The translations under genes and the position numbers were made by a program. DNA of 64,000 bases from Marsupella aquatica (Eukaryota > Plantae > Marchantiophyta), in the NCBI GenBank assembly GCA_973895155.1, contig OZ316893.1, forward strand, positions 27,910,210-27,974,209, written 5' to 3'. Under the pieces are notes generated by a model that had not been told where the DNA came from, ran no database searches, and saw nothing but the letters and a program-made list of their open reading frames with translations. Shown here in pieces: positions 26,230-39,059 of this stretch; the stretch's first letter is position 1; the number at the start of each line of letters is the position of its first letter.

Positions 26230-28400
26230 CGGTTAGTTACATCAACGATCGACGACTGAGTGCACCAGTGGATGTCTTTACGGGATGTTAGTCGTTGATT
26301 TGATGGTTTATATGATGGAGGAAGGTCAAGAGGAATTTCACATGCCGTCGAGGTCGGCTTGACTTGTAAGCTTGGATTAAGAGGGCGATCTGGATGGAGA
26401 GGAGAACGAAGGACTATTCGATTGTCATCAAGGAAATTGTTCTGTTCTTGCGAGTGGTGGATGTGATCTGTGGCTGTATTGCACCATTGGAGTCAACTTC
26501 GCGACATCTCGGTGAATCAGGCTGGCGGCCGGGCCACTTTGTAAATAGTGTTGATGACTTAATAGCTGCAAAAAAGAGTAGGCCTTTGGTTGCTGTCCCC
26601 GTTCTATAGTTGCTGGTTGTGGATGGCAGGCATGACGCGGAGGTTCTTGGGCTGCTACAACCCGGCGTTATGTTTCAAGCGTCTCTGTCGGAGACTCGAA
26701 CAGTTTCTAACAAGACAGAGCCTCTACATCTTTTCACTCGAGTAAGCGAATGCTACAAAGGGAGGGACATAGTGACGGATGTCTGGGTCTCATTGTGCCC
26801 GTCTGTCAATAGATTGAAGAGTTAGGTTGTCGCTTAGGTTTAGTACTTCGGTTCAGTAATCGTTGCCCTGGACAATTTTGAGCCCAAGGGGAAAGTCCAA
26901 TTTCAGCTCTAGTCATATACTCATGAAATTCTTTGTACAATAGACACTTGAGCCGAGAGCATTCGAACGCCATTAGGACCGAGTCTTCTGTTATCCACTT
27001 CAGAGCTGGCCATGGTAGTACGTAGGCACTTTTCTCTTTCCGTCAAATACCGCACTGTAAAATGAAGAGAAAAGCAAATATGAAACGTTTGCGAATAACT
27101 ACAAAATAATCAACCCTGATTTGGGTTGTGAGTCCACTTCGCCTTCAGCCGCTTGAATTGAATCTTTGCCTGTCTTGCCACTTTACAAAATACGGAGAAA
27201 AGGTGTCCCATTCAAAGGAAGCCAGTTGTGTGCAGTATATTTGTGGAAGGATTGCAACTAGAGTTTGAGGTAAAATTTTCCATTCGCATGTCTTGCGAAA
27301 ATGGTGGGCCGTTGGAAGCTCGATGACATGCTGAATATTGTTGAAGGATCTCAATTCTATGCGAAAATGGTGGGCCATTGGAAGCTGGGTGACATGAATA
27401 TTATCGAAGGATCTCAATTCTAGTGTGTTCGAGTACGCAGGGTCCTACTAGAATGGTTTGGGTTGTTTTGTTGAATATGTTTTGGGCACACACGATCTAT
27501 TAGAATTGATGTCAGTGAAGAATTGGTATAGATTGAGAATAGACATTACTCCTTCCAAATTGGGTCTGCGCTCCTTTAGGGTAGATCTTCTTGTGCGGGC
27601 TAGCCACTTTGGAGGAAGTCGAGGTCTTCATTCGTGACATGCCAAGTGGACCAAATGCAGTAAACTTGATCTTGCCTGGAGCTTGTAGAACTTACGGTAA
27701 TGCGGAGTTGAGCTAACTTGCCGCCAAAGAGCTTTTCAAGTTGAACCTAGTAAGGCCTCTACATACGTACTTTTCGCGAACATCTGGCAAATGGGTGAAG
27801 GTTTCATTGGTGCGCACTAACATGCAAAAGAGAGGTGTTAACAAGGAGCCACGGCGTAGCTGGAATGAAGTTGATGACAAGATCCATGAATATGTTGTAA
27901 AGGATATTGTCATCAACTTCAATCCATCTTCTGGGGGAGATTTTAGGGTCTTGAATGGATTTTTAGGCCATCCCCTTCAGGTAGTCTCACTGTCAAAACA
28001 ATCGGGAAAATTGTTGGTCACAGTTTGTGTTGACAAACATTCAATTTCGAAGGTAGATATATCAGAAAAGGTATGCGAGTTGCTTCCTGAAGGTCGAAAT
28101 GAACATATGCTAAATGATTTTGGCTTATGTACAAAAGTCCCTCCTCTAAATCAATTTCCTCTCTAGATCAGGAGACGAAGGAATTTTCATAAAGGGCTCC
28201 AGTAATTACCTTTGGTGGACATGGACATTTCATACTTTCACAGAAGGCGGGTGGAAACATATTGCTCCGTTCATTTGTCTAGTTCATATGAGTAAAAGTT
28301 TTCCTTTCAAAGCAAAGGAATGAACATTTGTTATCTACTTTTGTTTTACTGAACCCCTGCTCTCCTTGAACCTGTGGAAGGACAAAATAGTGTACTCTTT

Positions 28401-30992
28401 CTTTCTTTTTTAATTTTTTTTTAAAGGGGAGATCCCCCACATCCCCCACAACTTTATGCCACCGGGAGACCCGGACAAAAGAAAACATCTGCCTGATAGG
28501 AGGAGGCAAGGAAAAAGACCAATTAATGGGGGCCAATGAGAAGAAGCACACCCAGAGAAAAAGGAGGACCCTCCCTACCAGACTGCCGGAGAGAGGGGCT
28601 AGTCAAAGATGGCAGGAGGGGGCCAAACAAAGCCAGATGGCAGAGAGTACCTATAACTAACATAGAACCAGAATGAACCAGAAGCAGCAAACAAATAGCA
28701 TGGAACCCAGCCAGACATCCAACTGATCACCAACTAAGTTCCTTCCTCCCTTGGCAGACCACCCAAATAAACCCTCCTGTCGTCAATGAGAGAACCCCGG
28801 GACCTTGATTACCAGGAACACTGATAAAGCTAGCCGAGGACAGTCCCATATGGTCCGCCAACCGGGACGAACCGCAAACATTGATCTGAGAAACCAACTG
28901 ACCGAGGGGTTGTGCCGAATAGTTGCCATCATTCGATGTTTACTTCCCCCCTTCCCATACTCGCCTTAAGGCATTCCCCGAATACTTCGGTCTCCCAGAA
29001 GACAGATGGTTTGAGATTCCCCTGTGGATGCAATACTCTGCGCCTGCCAGCCAAGGCACCCCAATAACATGTGGGTAGCAATAGATACTCTGCAGGAGAG
29101 GACAGAATAACCTTACTCTGAGCCAGAAGAGATTCCTGATTGTTGAAACCACTCATTGGGACAGAGAATATCTTACTGCCATGGAGCAACCGACCAATCC
29201 GATTATCCCAATAATCCCAATTGTTCTCCAGCATACAAAGTAGCCTGCTCAAAGGAGGATGGATAGCTCAGAGAGAGTCGACCATATTGATTGTCTTGGC
29301 CAGAATCCCTGCGATGAATACTGCCAAAAGCCCACACTAGATTATAAACTCAGACTGCCACTGACTACATTGTGTGATATCTATAGTCAAACGATTCCCA
29401 TAATTATCCAGATGATCATCTTATTCCTGCCTAGAGATCAGACATTATATCTGAATCATAGCTGGATAGAGAATAAGTGAAAAGAAGAATTTCTAATAAT
29501 GCATGCTACGAGAGAAGATTCAAAAGCCAATCCAGGAGAGATTATGCTTCAAAGGAAAAGAAAATACATCTATCACTGCAAATAACAACTTTTTTTTTTT
29601 AACTTTTTGTTTTTGTTTTTGTTTTTGGGTTTCTTTCAGAAGAAAGAAAAAGGAAGCCAATATTGGTTGACAAGCGCCATCAACGAGTCCATGGAAAAGG
29701 GCAAGGTGGAAATCTGCAAGAGAGGGCACCGGAGAACCACACAACCACCTGAATAGTGGGGTTCAACACCCAATAGAAGCAGCCGACAGATGGCTGCAAA
29801 ACGTGACTCCATAGACAAACACATCACTACTTGAGTGACAGAATCAGGGACTATTCGGCTATGGGAATGAACAAGGGTAGACAAAGGAACTTATTAATAG
29901 GGACAATCAGGAACCATCATCGAGGAACAGATGAAAGAAAAGAAGGATACTTATAGTAACCTCAAACAAACAGCGGGGAACAGTACGAAGAAAGTTGTAT
30001 GGGAATATTATAAATAGACGATTGGTACTAAGAACAATGATCAAAAATACTTGGGATAAACAAAATGAGTATCAACGATGAGAACGATGGGCAAGAGGGC
30101 CTGAGATGAATTTTTCTGCGTAGTGCAAACGCATTTTTGTTTCTCAATGTCTGAGCAATAAGCCACCGCGTGGAGATGCTGAACAACGGCAGAAGCGGCA
30201 GCAAAAGGGGAATATACAACAAATATGTTCTGGAACAAACGAAGGTTACGATTTTTCTAGAGAAGCCACACTGTTTCATAAATTACATAGATCCGAGCAG
30301 TGTGCCTTGGAGAATACCCAAGGGCCAAATCCAAGGTACTAGGGAAGGAATGGCCCCCCGGAAGATGAGAGAGAGTTGGTATTCTCTCAAAGAACTATAT
30401 GGTTCTGTTCCAGGCGATAATTGCTTGCTGACAAGAGAAAAAGATGTGTTGATTATCTTCAACTCCTTGTCGGCAAGCTGGGCACCTGCCATTTCCATGT
30501 CCACATTGTTGTGCGCGCTTGCCAGAGAATAGTCCAGCTGCAAGGACTCTCCATAAGAATATCTTTCCATGATTCGAAAGATCAGAACTCCAAAGTCTCC
30601 TCCATCGATGCTGCCAGATGGCACCAGAGTCAGATGTGCCCCATCTGGTATCTAATGCACAGAAGTCACCTTCAGACCTGTCCAATAGTTTGTACGCGTA
30701 TGTGCTACTCATAATACGAGGGGACGGGTGATTCTGGAGACCCTTCCAGAACCATTGAGATTGAACGAAGGATAAAGATCGGGAAGGTGGCAGACCTGAC
30801 TCGAGAAGAAAAATAATTCTAGAAAAGACAGCCAATTCTGAATCACTATACCCTCTCAACCTAGAGATACGGGACGAGAAGTCAATCCATTCAGAAGATT
30901 GCCAATTCCACAAATCCGAGATGGCTCTAATATTTATACGTGAATATGCTGTGATGATCCTTGGTATCCTTGGTATCCATGGTATCCATGGT
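28401..30992 (-). mobile_element. 5'-truncated L1-type LINE with 17-bp TSD
   Basis: AAAATAGTGTACTCTTT lies at 28384-28400 and 30993-31009, with a poly(A)-like tail (T-run on +) right after the left copy. ORF 30395-30913 encodes a zf-RVT segment (GKIFLWRVL…CPAC…EDNQHIFFSC). Confidence 0.85.
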
Positions 30993-32247
30993 AAAATAGT
31001 GTACTCTTTTACTATGCCAAGAACATTATTGACTACTCATGGTAAAATGGATCCACCAGGTTTTGTTTTGGGGACAGTGGTGGGGGCTTAAGTTTTTGCA
31101 CAGGCTATTATTCTGTTAAACAGATGATTTAAAAATTAAATTAAAAACACACATGGGCTCCCTCAGGAGGGGTCAGGGGTAGAGACGGGTACATTTGGTA
31201 CCTGGTTTTAAAAAGCATTGTACATGCATAGGAGCCTTTCTCATTCGGACATGAATTGAATAATGTCCCTTTGGAGCCACATGTACACTGTTTACAGTAG
31301 TTTACTTAATGTAACTACCACAACTACATTATCAGGACTCTTTACGTGTTACATGAAGACGTTAAGCCCGACGTCTCCTTGCCGCTAAAGAAAGGCGTCA
31401 CACTTGACGTGAATGAGGGCACGTTTTGTACGAAGTAATGAAGGTTACAGTTTACATCGTTCTCTACATTGTTACATACGTCTCAATGTACTACGTTACC
31501 TATTAACATCATAAATAGAGTCGTTATTTTGGATGCAGATTGAACAGGAAAATCACCATATAACATCGTTTAAAATGACGTTAAGGTCATATTACGTAGT
31601 TTGTGATGTCGTTAATGATGAGTCTGTCCCAGACGTATGAGTAGTAAGTCGTTTGAGGCTTGGTATAGATGGTGTTAACGAGAACGTTTGAAAATAGTAC
31701 CAAGAATGGAGAGACATGAATGGAGTGCCGTTTAGGGTAAACATTAATCTTGTATGTCACATCCTTCCAGGCTACCTTAGTTGGGTGGGCTTTAGGTTTA
31801 GGTTCATATACACATGGAATACACATAAAATAGACATATGAGTCGGGAATGCCACTATAAATGGGTGGCGTCAAAATTCTTTGCCAAAAATGTACAACAT
31901 GCAGGTGGACGTCCACCTAGTCATGCATGGTATACCCTAATGCCGCTGAGAGCGGCTCCTATCACGTCCAGACCTGCGAACAGAAAAAGCAGGCGGTGCC
32001 TTCGACTATTTGCCTTGGGGCTGCAACTCGTACCGAAGTGGATCCTCCTCTGAACTACTGCTACCAGACACCAACTCCGCAGCTCCACTGCCTCTCCTCC
32101 TCGGGACTACATCTCTAGTGCCACTGGGTCCCCTAGTGGCATCCCTCTCGACACGGCTCCTCCTCCTTTCTCTATGTCTCTCCCTCCCTCCCCCTCTCTC
32201 CCTCTCTCCCTCCCTCCCCCTTCTCTCTCTCTCTCTCTCTCTCTCTC

Positions 32248-33368
32248 AAGAAAAGAGTATGATAAGCCACTAATGATTCCCATGGCTAAGGATCATGATC
32301 TCATCATATGTGGGTAGGTCCCATGACATGCACTACGGACATATACCCCCTGTCACCTGATACAAGGATAAAGTTAAAACTAAAATCCAGAATAACCAGG
32401 AGATAATCATCCGGCCACCAGAGCCATTGATTTATTCCCAAAACATCTGGGCCACACAAAACAACCAGATACCAAAGCCCATGACCTAAAAAGCAAGCCA
32501 AGATAGCGGTGCTACCAAGTCCAGCCATCCAGCCACAGAGCTTACATTTCTCTGAAAACACTCGATAGGTGAAGAAGCACACACCATGTGGGGAGCATAG
32601 GCTGACATGCATGGCAGAGTAAGAGGACACACTGCACTGGCAAGAAGATCGTGGGACCAGCAGCGCAGGCCAAGGATCAGGGACTGCTGAGGCAACACAG
32701 TGACACACAGCCTGTCGTGGCTCAATGGGAACCCCACCAAATCAGGTGCTAAGCTCACATTTTTTTACAGCAGATGTTGCTCCTTCTTTTCTATTCCATT
32801 CACGACATATTGGTATGCATTAATGTGATGTTGGAGTTAATAATAAAAAGGAACATAACAAGGCTTGGGAGACTCGACTTTTTCCGGCCCATGTCTCCCC
32901 GCAGCCGTCTAGACATCGCTGTAGAACATGGGACTAGAAATTGTGCCTATTAAAGCACAATCTCGATCCAATGGCGGGGGCTGAACGAAGACATTGGAAT
33001 TGTGAATGAAAACAGTCCGTCCATTCCTGGTAAAAGAATATGGTCCATGCTCAATGCTGTGGACACAACGTTTGAGTACAGCTGTCACCAAGCAGAGCTC
33101 AGCATCGAAAGATACTCAGCTTTATAGACCTAGTTGTTTTGAAAATGGACAGTTTATAAATAAGAGTCGCTATACAGAATAAGCATGTCTGACTTCCATG
33201 GTTAATAGACGTTCGTAGTACCAAAAACTATATGTGTGAATGTATGTGTGAATGTATGATCGATACTCTACATATGATTGAATGTTGAATCAAGGAATGG
33301 CCAATAGAGAACAATAGGACCTGCTTTAATGTAGGATGTAATATATCTATGGATATCTATATATAATA
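32248..33368 (+). mobile_element. ~1.1-kb non-coding unit bounded by (TC)n tracts; divergent relative of the Penelope-like terminal repeat
   Basis: Begins right after (TC)13 (32222-32247) and ends at (TC)5 (33369-33378). It carries the same structured RNA motif at a similar offset as the 1.37-kb repeats but is otherwise not alignable by eye. Confidence 0.65.
32878..33036 (+). ncRNA. Structured RNA motif, copy A (candidate ribozyme)
   Basis: Stems: CTTTTTCCGG/CTGGTAAAAG (closing), CCCATGT/ACATGGG, GCAGC/GCTGT, ATTGTGC/GCACAAT, TCCAATG/CATTGGA (loop GCGGGGGCTGAACGAAGA), GAATG/CATTC. Pseudoknot TCCCCG/CGGGGG. Confidence 0.7.
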
Positions 33369-34748
33369 TCTCTCTCTCAATACATGAAGATAGAATATGC
33401 CAAGATGTTCAAAACAAAAGATTAGAGCAAGTACAGATAGGCCAGAGAGTACAGTAGAGACGTTACGCAAAATATGTAAAACATAGTAATGTTTACACCT
33501 TATATATGTAATATTAAAGTCCTGTAAAAATATCCCTATTAAACACGTACGCTGCACCAGCACCCTTTGATCACATCAAGTACAATAGGGTACTCCAACT
33601 CTCGTAAGCTCATACTTCACTAGCGGCTACCCTAAACTCTGGACATCCGCTACTTAAGACTCCCCCACACAAACAAATTTTCATCCACACATTTACGCAT
33701 GAGCACATTTTTTGAGTAAGTTCCTAGCTCCTCTGTTCCTAGATCCTCTGTTCACAGCACGACTAGCACTTCTCGCACGACATTTTTAGGACCACTGAGA
33801 ACGGCCACAGCAGCACTACATCACAGCCTGACACACACACGGAAATCGCCCTGCAGCAACAACAAACTCAGCATGGCTCGTACCAATCAGGTATACACTC
33901 ATAAAACATCCATCTTTTTCAATGAATTTTTTCCTCGTTTTTTGCTAGCCTAGTATCGGTTCATGTCTCCCCGTTACCGCCGCGGCTAGAGGTAGCAGAA
34001 ACATGGAACAGGGATTGAATGCAAATAACTTTTAATCCCGCCCCGGGGACGGGGGCTGAAAGACGACCCTGGGGTTTGTGATGCAGAATATGTCTACTGT
34101 ATTCCGATGCTAGTTGAGGGTCCACATCAGGCAGATTGACTTGCTGCTATGATGAACTGCGTAGAATGTCCGGCTTCAAGAATGAAGAGGATCGCCTTAA
34201 CTTTTTTTGTATGCTTCTAACCGTGGCCCCTAATACTGACTATCGACTGTCGGCAGTTAGCATTCCAGAAGGTTTCTTTTCTGAGATTACAGCGACACGA
34301 TTCCGGCACATCTAACTTCCGATAAACTTAGATTTATTGTAGAATGGTTAAATACTGACTTTACGTTGACCATTGCCTAACGTATGAACAATAGTTATTA
34401 ATGGCAGAACTTCATCATTCTATTCTACTCACGACTCTGTTTAGAAAGATCGCGCACGACCTGACCACTTGCCTGGATTACATAACGCTTTTCTGTCAAT
34501 TTCTACTTACGATCTTGTTTAAATATTTCTGGTCTAAATCATTTGGTACGCATGAATAAATTCTTGATTAAGTGTCTATCTATGGTACACCTCGATAACA
34601 TGAATGACTTGGTATGTGGAGTATTAATAGAGACATGACTGGTTACCAAGACTCTATGCTGTGATGACTTTGCCTATGTGTGGTGATTTAGTACAGACTT
34701 GACAGTGGCCTTGACTGGGTGTTTTTTCTATGAAAATTATCTCTCTCT
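33369..34748 (+). repeat. Upstream pseudo-LTR (~1.37 kb direct repeat) of Penelope-like element
   Basis: Nearly identical (scattered substitutions and small indels) to ~39047-40424. Both ends fall in TC tracts; there is no TG...CA and no PBS. Confidence 0.9.
33950..34113 (+). ncRNA. Structured RNA motif, copy B (candidate ribozyme)
   Basis: Stems: CTAGTATCGG/CCGATGCTAG (closing), GTTCATGT/ACATGGAAC, GTTACC/GGTAGC, GGGATTGAA/TTTAATCCC, CCCCGGGG/CCCTGGGG (loop ACGGGGGCTGAAAGACGA), GAATA/TATTC. Pseudoknot TCCCCG/CGGGGG. Confidence 0.75.
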
Positions 34749-35187
34749 AACATATACCACTTCTCCGATTGGGTTCGGAGGACCGCTGTCAATCCTGATA
34801 CTAATATAGACATATGCGCATGACTGTTCACAGAAGAGATGGATACGGGAACTCCAATCTCTTGGATATATGGATGACATACCACGCCCTTGTAATATGG
34901 CCATTCAAGTTACATTGGCTTCCATTTTGGCAGCATGAAATCCATACTGCCATACAGACACATGATCGAGAGGTCATGAGCCGTGGGATAGATGACGAAC
35001 CAGGTCAGTTACTACTTCATGTACTCGGAATCTCCGAATGGTTTACCATTTTCCATGCTGCCGGTTGTGTTGGTACCACTGCCGCACTCGAAAATCTAGA
35101 TGAATATAGTAACTGCCTGTCTAGCTTTGAAATATCGATGAAGAGGAGCTCGAGCAGGCCAGGCTAATCGGACAAAAGATTGCGACG

Positions 35188-36336
35188 ATGCTCTCTTATA
35201 CCCCGAATAGCAATGTCACAAATGATAGTTTCTCATCATCGAACGCCTCTGACGTCGCAACCAAACTTCGCGCCAATCCATTACTTAATACTGAATGGCT
35301 ATCGCCTGAGGAACGTATTGCATTTAATGAGTCTATAGAAGGTGCTCAGTCATCCCAGAGAGAATTAGACGATTCAAAAAAAGATGGTGAACCATTCGTT
35401 CCTAACACTCCACCTAGATTTCTAGAATGGGAGTCCTCTAAGGTTGACTGTTGTATGTGGCGGATTCCAAACATCAACAACCTGGCTCCACTGTCTGTCA
35501 GTATGTGGAAAGCATGGGCTTCCTTATCCCCTGAAGATATCAACAGTTGTCGGGAGAATGCTTTACGTGGTTTCTCATGGATCGAGAAATCTCCCATGTA
35601 TGTTACGCGATGGCCCATGACTGTATTTGGTGCACCTAAATACAAATGCCCTATCGATGCGGGTGTCAAAATTTGAGGTAACTTCGTTACCAACACGTCA
35701 CGCTCAACACAGGAACACAAGACCAAACTTTGGAATTGGCACCGACCATTTCTTCGATGTACCTACAGTGCTTCATCCAAAAATGGGTGCATGGGCCAAA
35801 TCGTGTGGTTTGACCATGCCATATGGTACATGGCTAATCACCTTGAATTATTTTTTAATGCATCGACAGCACAAGGTCGACTGGTACTAATGATGAGTTT
35901 TCTGGGAGGAGATGCACGCCGTATCGTTATGGACCAAGTGGCCTTCATCTTGGTGCAACAATTCATTCTTGACGCTGCTGGAGAGCAACTCGTCGACCCG
36001 AACGCATAGTTACTGGCAAAATACGGTAATGCCTCTGGGGCGCGCATTATCGAGGCTCTTATCAAACCTGGGGAATTTTCTGATCAAACTCCAGCTCCTA
36101 AACGAAAATGGAACCTCAATCAGACCCCTGCTTCTGACCTTGCCAAACAAAAAGGCATATACGCCAATCAAACGCCACAACGAGGACGAGGCCGTGGAAA
36201 CTACTCATGGCAGCCACAGACTCCTAATTCATCTTTAGGTGCTCCTAGCCAATTTGCGGGCCCACAGTCTTGCGCCAGTACCCCATCGTCTGATAACGGC
36301 CAGTCACCACTGCAACGACGTAATCTTCACTTTTAA
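35188..36336 (+). pseudogene. ORF1 of Penelope-like element, unknown function
   Basis: A single frame 35188-36336 with two in-frame stops (35674 TGA, 36007 TAG); W-rich core and a C-terminal RGRGRG/low-complexity tail. It probably extends upstream across a frameshift near 35130. No GIY-YIG motif was seen. Confidence 0.6.
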
Positions 36337-36673
36337 ATAGCTATGGGTACTTAGCAGTAGGCAAATAAACCACTAACGTGTTTAAGTTATGATGCACGTA
36401 TTATGGCTTCTATAGTAGTACATAGAGAACCAGTAAAACGTTACATTACAGCTTTCCATTCCTACTTAGTGTTTGCTGATACTTAAAATGTTTTGATTAA
36501 CCACCATCCTAGGTTAACTTTTATGTTCAGTCTCGTATTCAATCAACCTTGCAATCAACTTAGAGCGGTTATACTTAATGGGTCCAAAAGTTTAGCAGAA
36601 CACATCGTCTAGCATCAATACAGGCAAACATCACTACACCTCCGGATCTAATAGACATCACACTATATATTCT

Positions 36674-38842
36674 TTGTTTGTGTGTTCAGATGATCGGCAG
36701 CTCGTTCAACTTCCACACGGTCGCTTCTCTATTTCCCGGAATCCTGACCATACCGGCATACGATTCATACATCTCTTATACACTAGTAGAGCTTTTGAAT
36801 GGCTACCGCTACGCCTAATCTTTACACAATGCCTGTCACAAATTAATGCATCTGATTCCATTCCCGCGCTAGATTCTATTTGTTTTAGTTGGAGATATAC
36901 TCCCCCGATTTCCACACTGTGCTATCACCCAACCCAAGTCTTCTGCGATTTTGAGTGTATGAACCTTGCTTCTGATCAGACGACATGTTGCTGTCAGACT
37001 AATCGGTTAAAAAAATTCCTTGATCCACTTACACGAAATGAGCACCAACTTCCATCCACCAAATATAACATCCATGTGCGCACCACTGACTTAGGGCTCA
37101 TCCATGACAAGCATCTCAGATCTGCACTTTCCTCTAGACTCAATCACATCATACCACAGGCTACTACTTTTAACGATGCATTCCAGGAAATTGTAAGAGC
37201 TTGGGATAACGTGTGCAACATTTTACAACTATCTGAGATTCTTATCAACTTCGGCACTGAGGCCCTTCACAACATCTGTCACACCTTGTGGTCAACCGGT
37301 AAGCAACGCAATATTGGAAGACATCAACGACACTTACAAGGACAACTATCTACAACGGCCATCTCCAAATACGATATCTCCTCGAGCATCTATATTTTTC
37401 CGGCCTTGATAAGGCTGCTAACAACGTTTGCATCATGTGCATCCACCATATTCGAATACAGGCCCTACATCGACTACAAGGCGAAGACTTCACTCTCGAC
37501 TCACGACTACTCAAAGATGTAGTCAATACGTGCCAAGCACAAATTGAGGAGCTCATCCCCGAAATCGTATTTTGGTATGCTGGTCTTCCGTTCCTTATGG
37601 CGTCATACAAGTTGCACAAACACAAATATCGGTGGATTACCAATGCTGCTTCATGCATTTTTTCAGGACTTACTCGTATCATCACAATGATCCTTGGCCA
37701 AATTTCCATCGAACTCAAAGCCTGGGCATTCAAACAGTCTGAATATCTACGTACTTTCTTTCGAGTAGAGACCACATTTTTTTGGGTTATTGATTCTTTA
37801 TATGAGTTTACGTTGAATCTACCACCCAACATACACTATTTGTATGTTGCGGACATCACTAGATGCTACGAAACCATTCCACTGTCTGGTGACGATAATC
37901 TGCCCGATGCCATTAGCCATGTTGCCAAAATTGCCTTTTCACACCACAACTCCTCTCGACGAAGGCAAGAGAAACTTTGGATAAACATCGACTTGACCAC
38001 GGGTCTTGCCAAAGAAGCTCGTTGGGCATGCCGTATGCCTGGGACATCATGCTGGATTGAATTTTCATTGGAGCGCTTCATACGACTGCAGACATGGCTA
38101 ATACAACACTATTACATTCGACTTGGAGATCAAACTTGGCGACAGTCTACTGGCATTCCCATGGGATTTTCGTGCTCCCCACAATGGTGCAACCTTTACT
38201 TTGTTTCATACAAAATCAGATTCGTCCAAAGGTTAGCTCGACTAAAACAACATACACTACTCAATGACTTTCATTTCACGTACCGGTACATTGACAATTT
38301 CTGCATCCTTAACAATCACAACATAAGTCAATTCTTGGACACGTCAGCACCACGTACACCGGATAATCCATATTGGATATATCCTCTACACATTGTCTCT
38401 ATGCAACCAGAAATTGATACTCACAAGCCTGGACATCCCACTATCGGCACGTCTGGACATTTTCTCAATGTCCATATTGACATACTGAACCAACATAGCG
38501 GCTTCTTTGAAACCACCCAATTTGACAAACGTCACTCCCTTCCATTCCCTTTTCAGCAATACATCCAATTTCGGTCTAATCGACCTGTGAGACAGTCCTA
38601 CAATATTGTCCTTCTCACAGGTGGTCCCTATTTTGCATATGGCTAGTAACGCTGACCTGGCCTTTTGTGAAATTCGTATTGTTGTCAACACTCTAGTAAA
38701 CAATGGCTTTTTTCAGTCCCGCCTAGATCGAATAAGCTTTAAATTTTGTACAACCAAATCCTTCTCGGGAATACGCTTCCCACTAGATAACCTTATTACG
38801 CTTTTACTTGAACACATGAACTGGCGCGCTGTCCACATGTAA
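36674..38842 (+). pseudogene. Penelope-like (Naiad/Chlamys-type) reverse transcriptase, frameshifted, no endonuclease seen
   Basis: Linker CCCQ…FLDP…HVRTTDL…LRSALS, then LDKAANNVCIMC, YVADITRCYETIP, QSTGIPMGFSCSPQWCNLY, YRYIDN (normally YIDD), GHFLNVHI, FDKR and a thumb ending VNNGF. Frameshifts lie near 37360 and 38612. Confidence 0.85.
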
Positions 38843-38875
38843 ACAAATATAGCGAGGAGATGTCAAAAGAGGAGA

Positions 38876-38987
38876 AGTTGTGAGTATGGTATGCACTCCC
38901 CGTCTGGGGTGAGTGCAATGCACTCCCCGTCTGGGGTGAGTGCAATGCACTCCCCGTCTGGGGTGAGTGCATACCGCACTCACTACT
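38876..38987 (+). repeat. Long hairpin whose 27-nt tip is triplicated, in the RT 3' UTR
   Basis: ATGCACTCCCCGTCTGGGGTGAGTGCA x3 (38891-38971), enclosed by AGTTGTGAGTATGGT / ACCGCACTCACTACT. Confidence 0.9.
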
Positions 38988-39023
38988 GATGGGGGTGCCG
39001 CTACCATGGGTATATGGAGGTGG

Positions 39024-39026
<3 letters not shown>

Positions 39027-39059
<33 letters not shown>

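Noticed and set aside
27500-28380. Possible decayed coding sequence and ORF 27741-28166
   Set aside because: No identifiable domain; many stops in the likelier minus-strand frames.
33628-33636. ACCCTAAAC, telomerase-template or telomeric-repeat-like word in the pseudo-LTR
   Set aside because: Only 9 nt, not seen in the divergent unit A, and the junctions are TC tracts, not telomeric repeats.
33961-34062. RNase MRP/P P4-like pairing (GUCUCCCCG / CGGGGGCU), and HDV, twister, pistol or hairpin ribozyme matches
   Set aside because: Lacks the GAAA of CR-I and the MRP spacing. I could not fit the HDV nested double pseudoknot or the twister, pistol or hairpin consensus by eye.
38891-38971. CRISPR-like palindromic repeats
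   Set aside because: The units are contiguous with no spacers; the context is eukaryotic and there are no cas genes.
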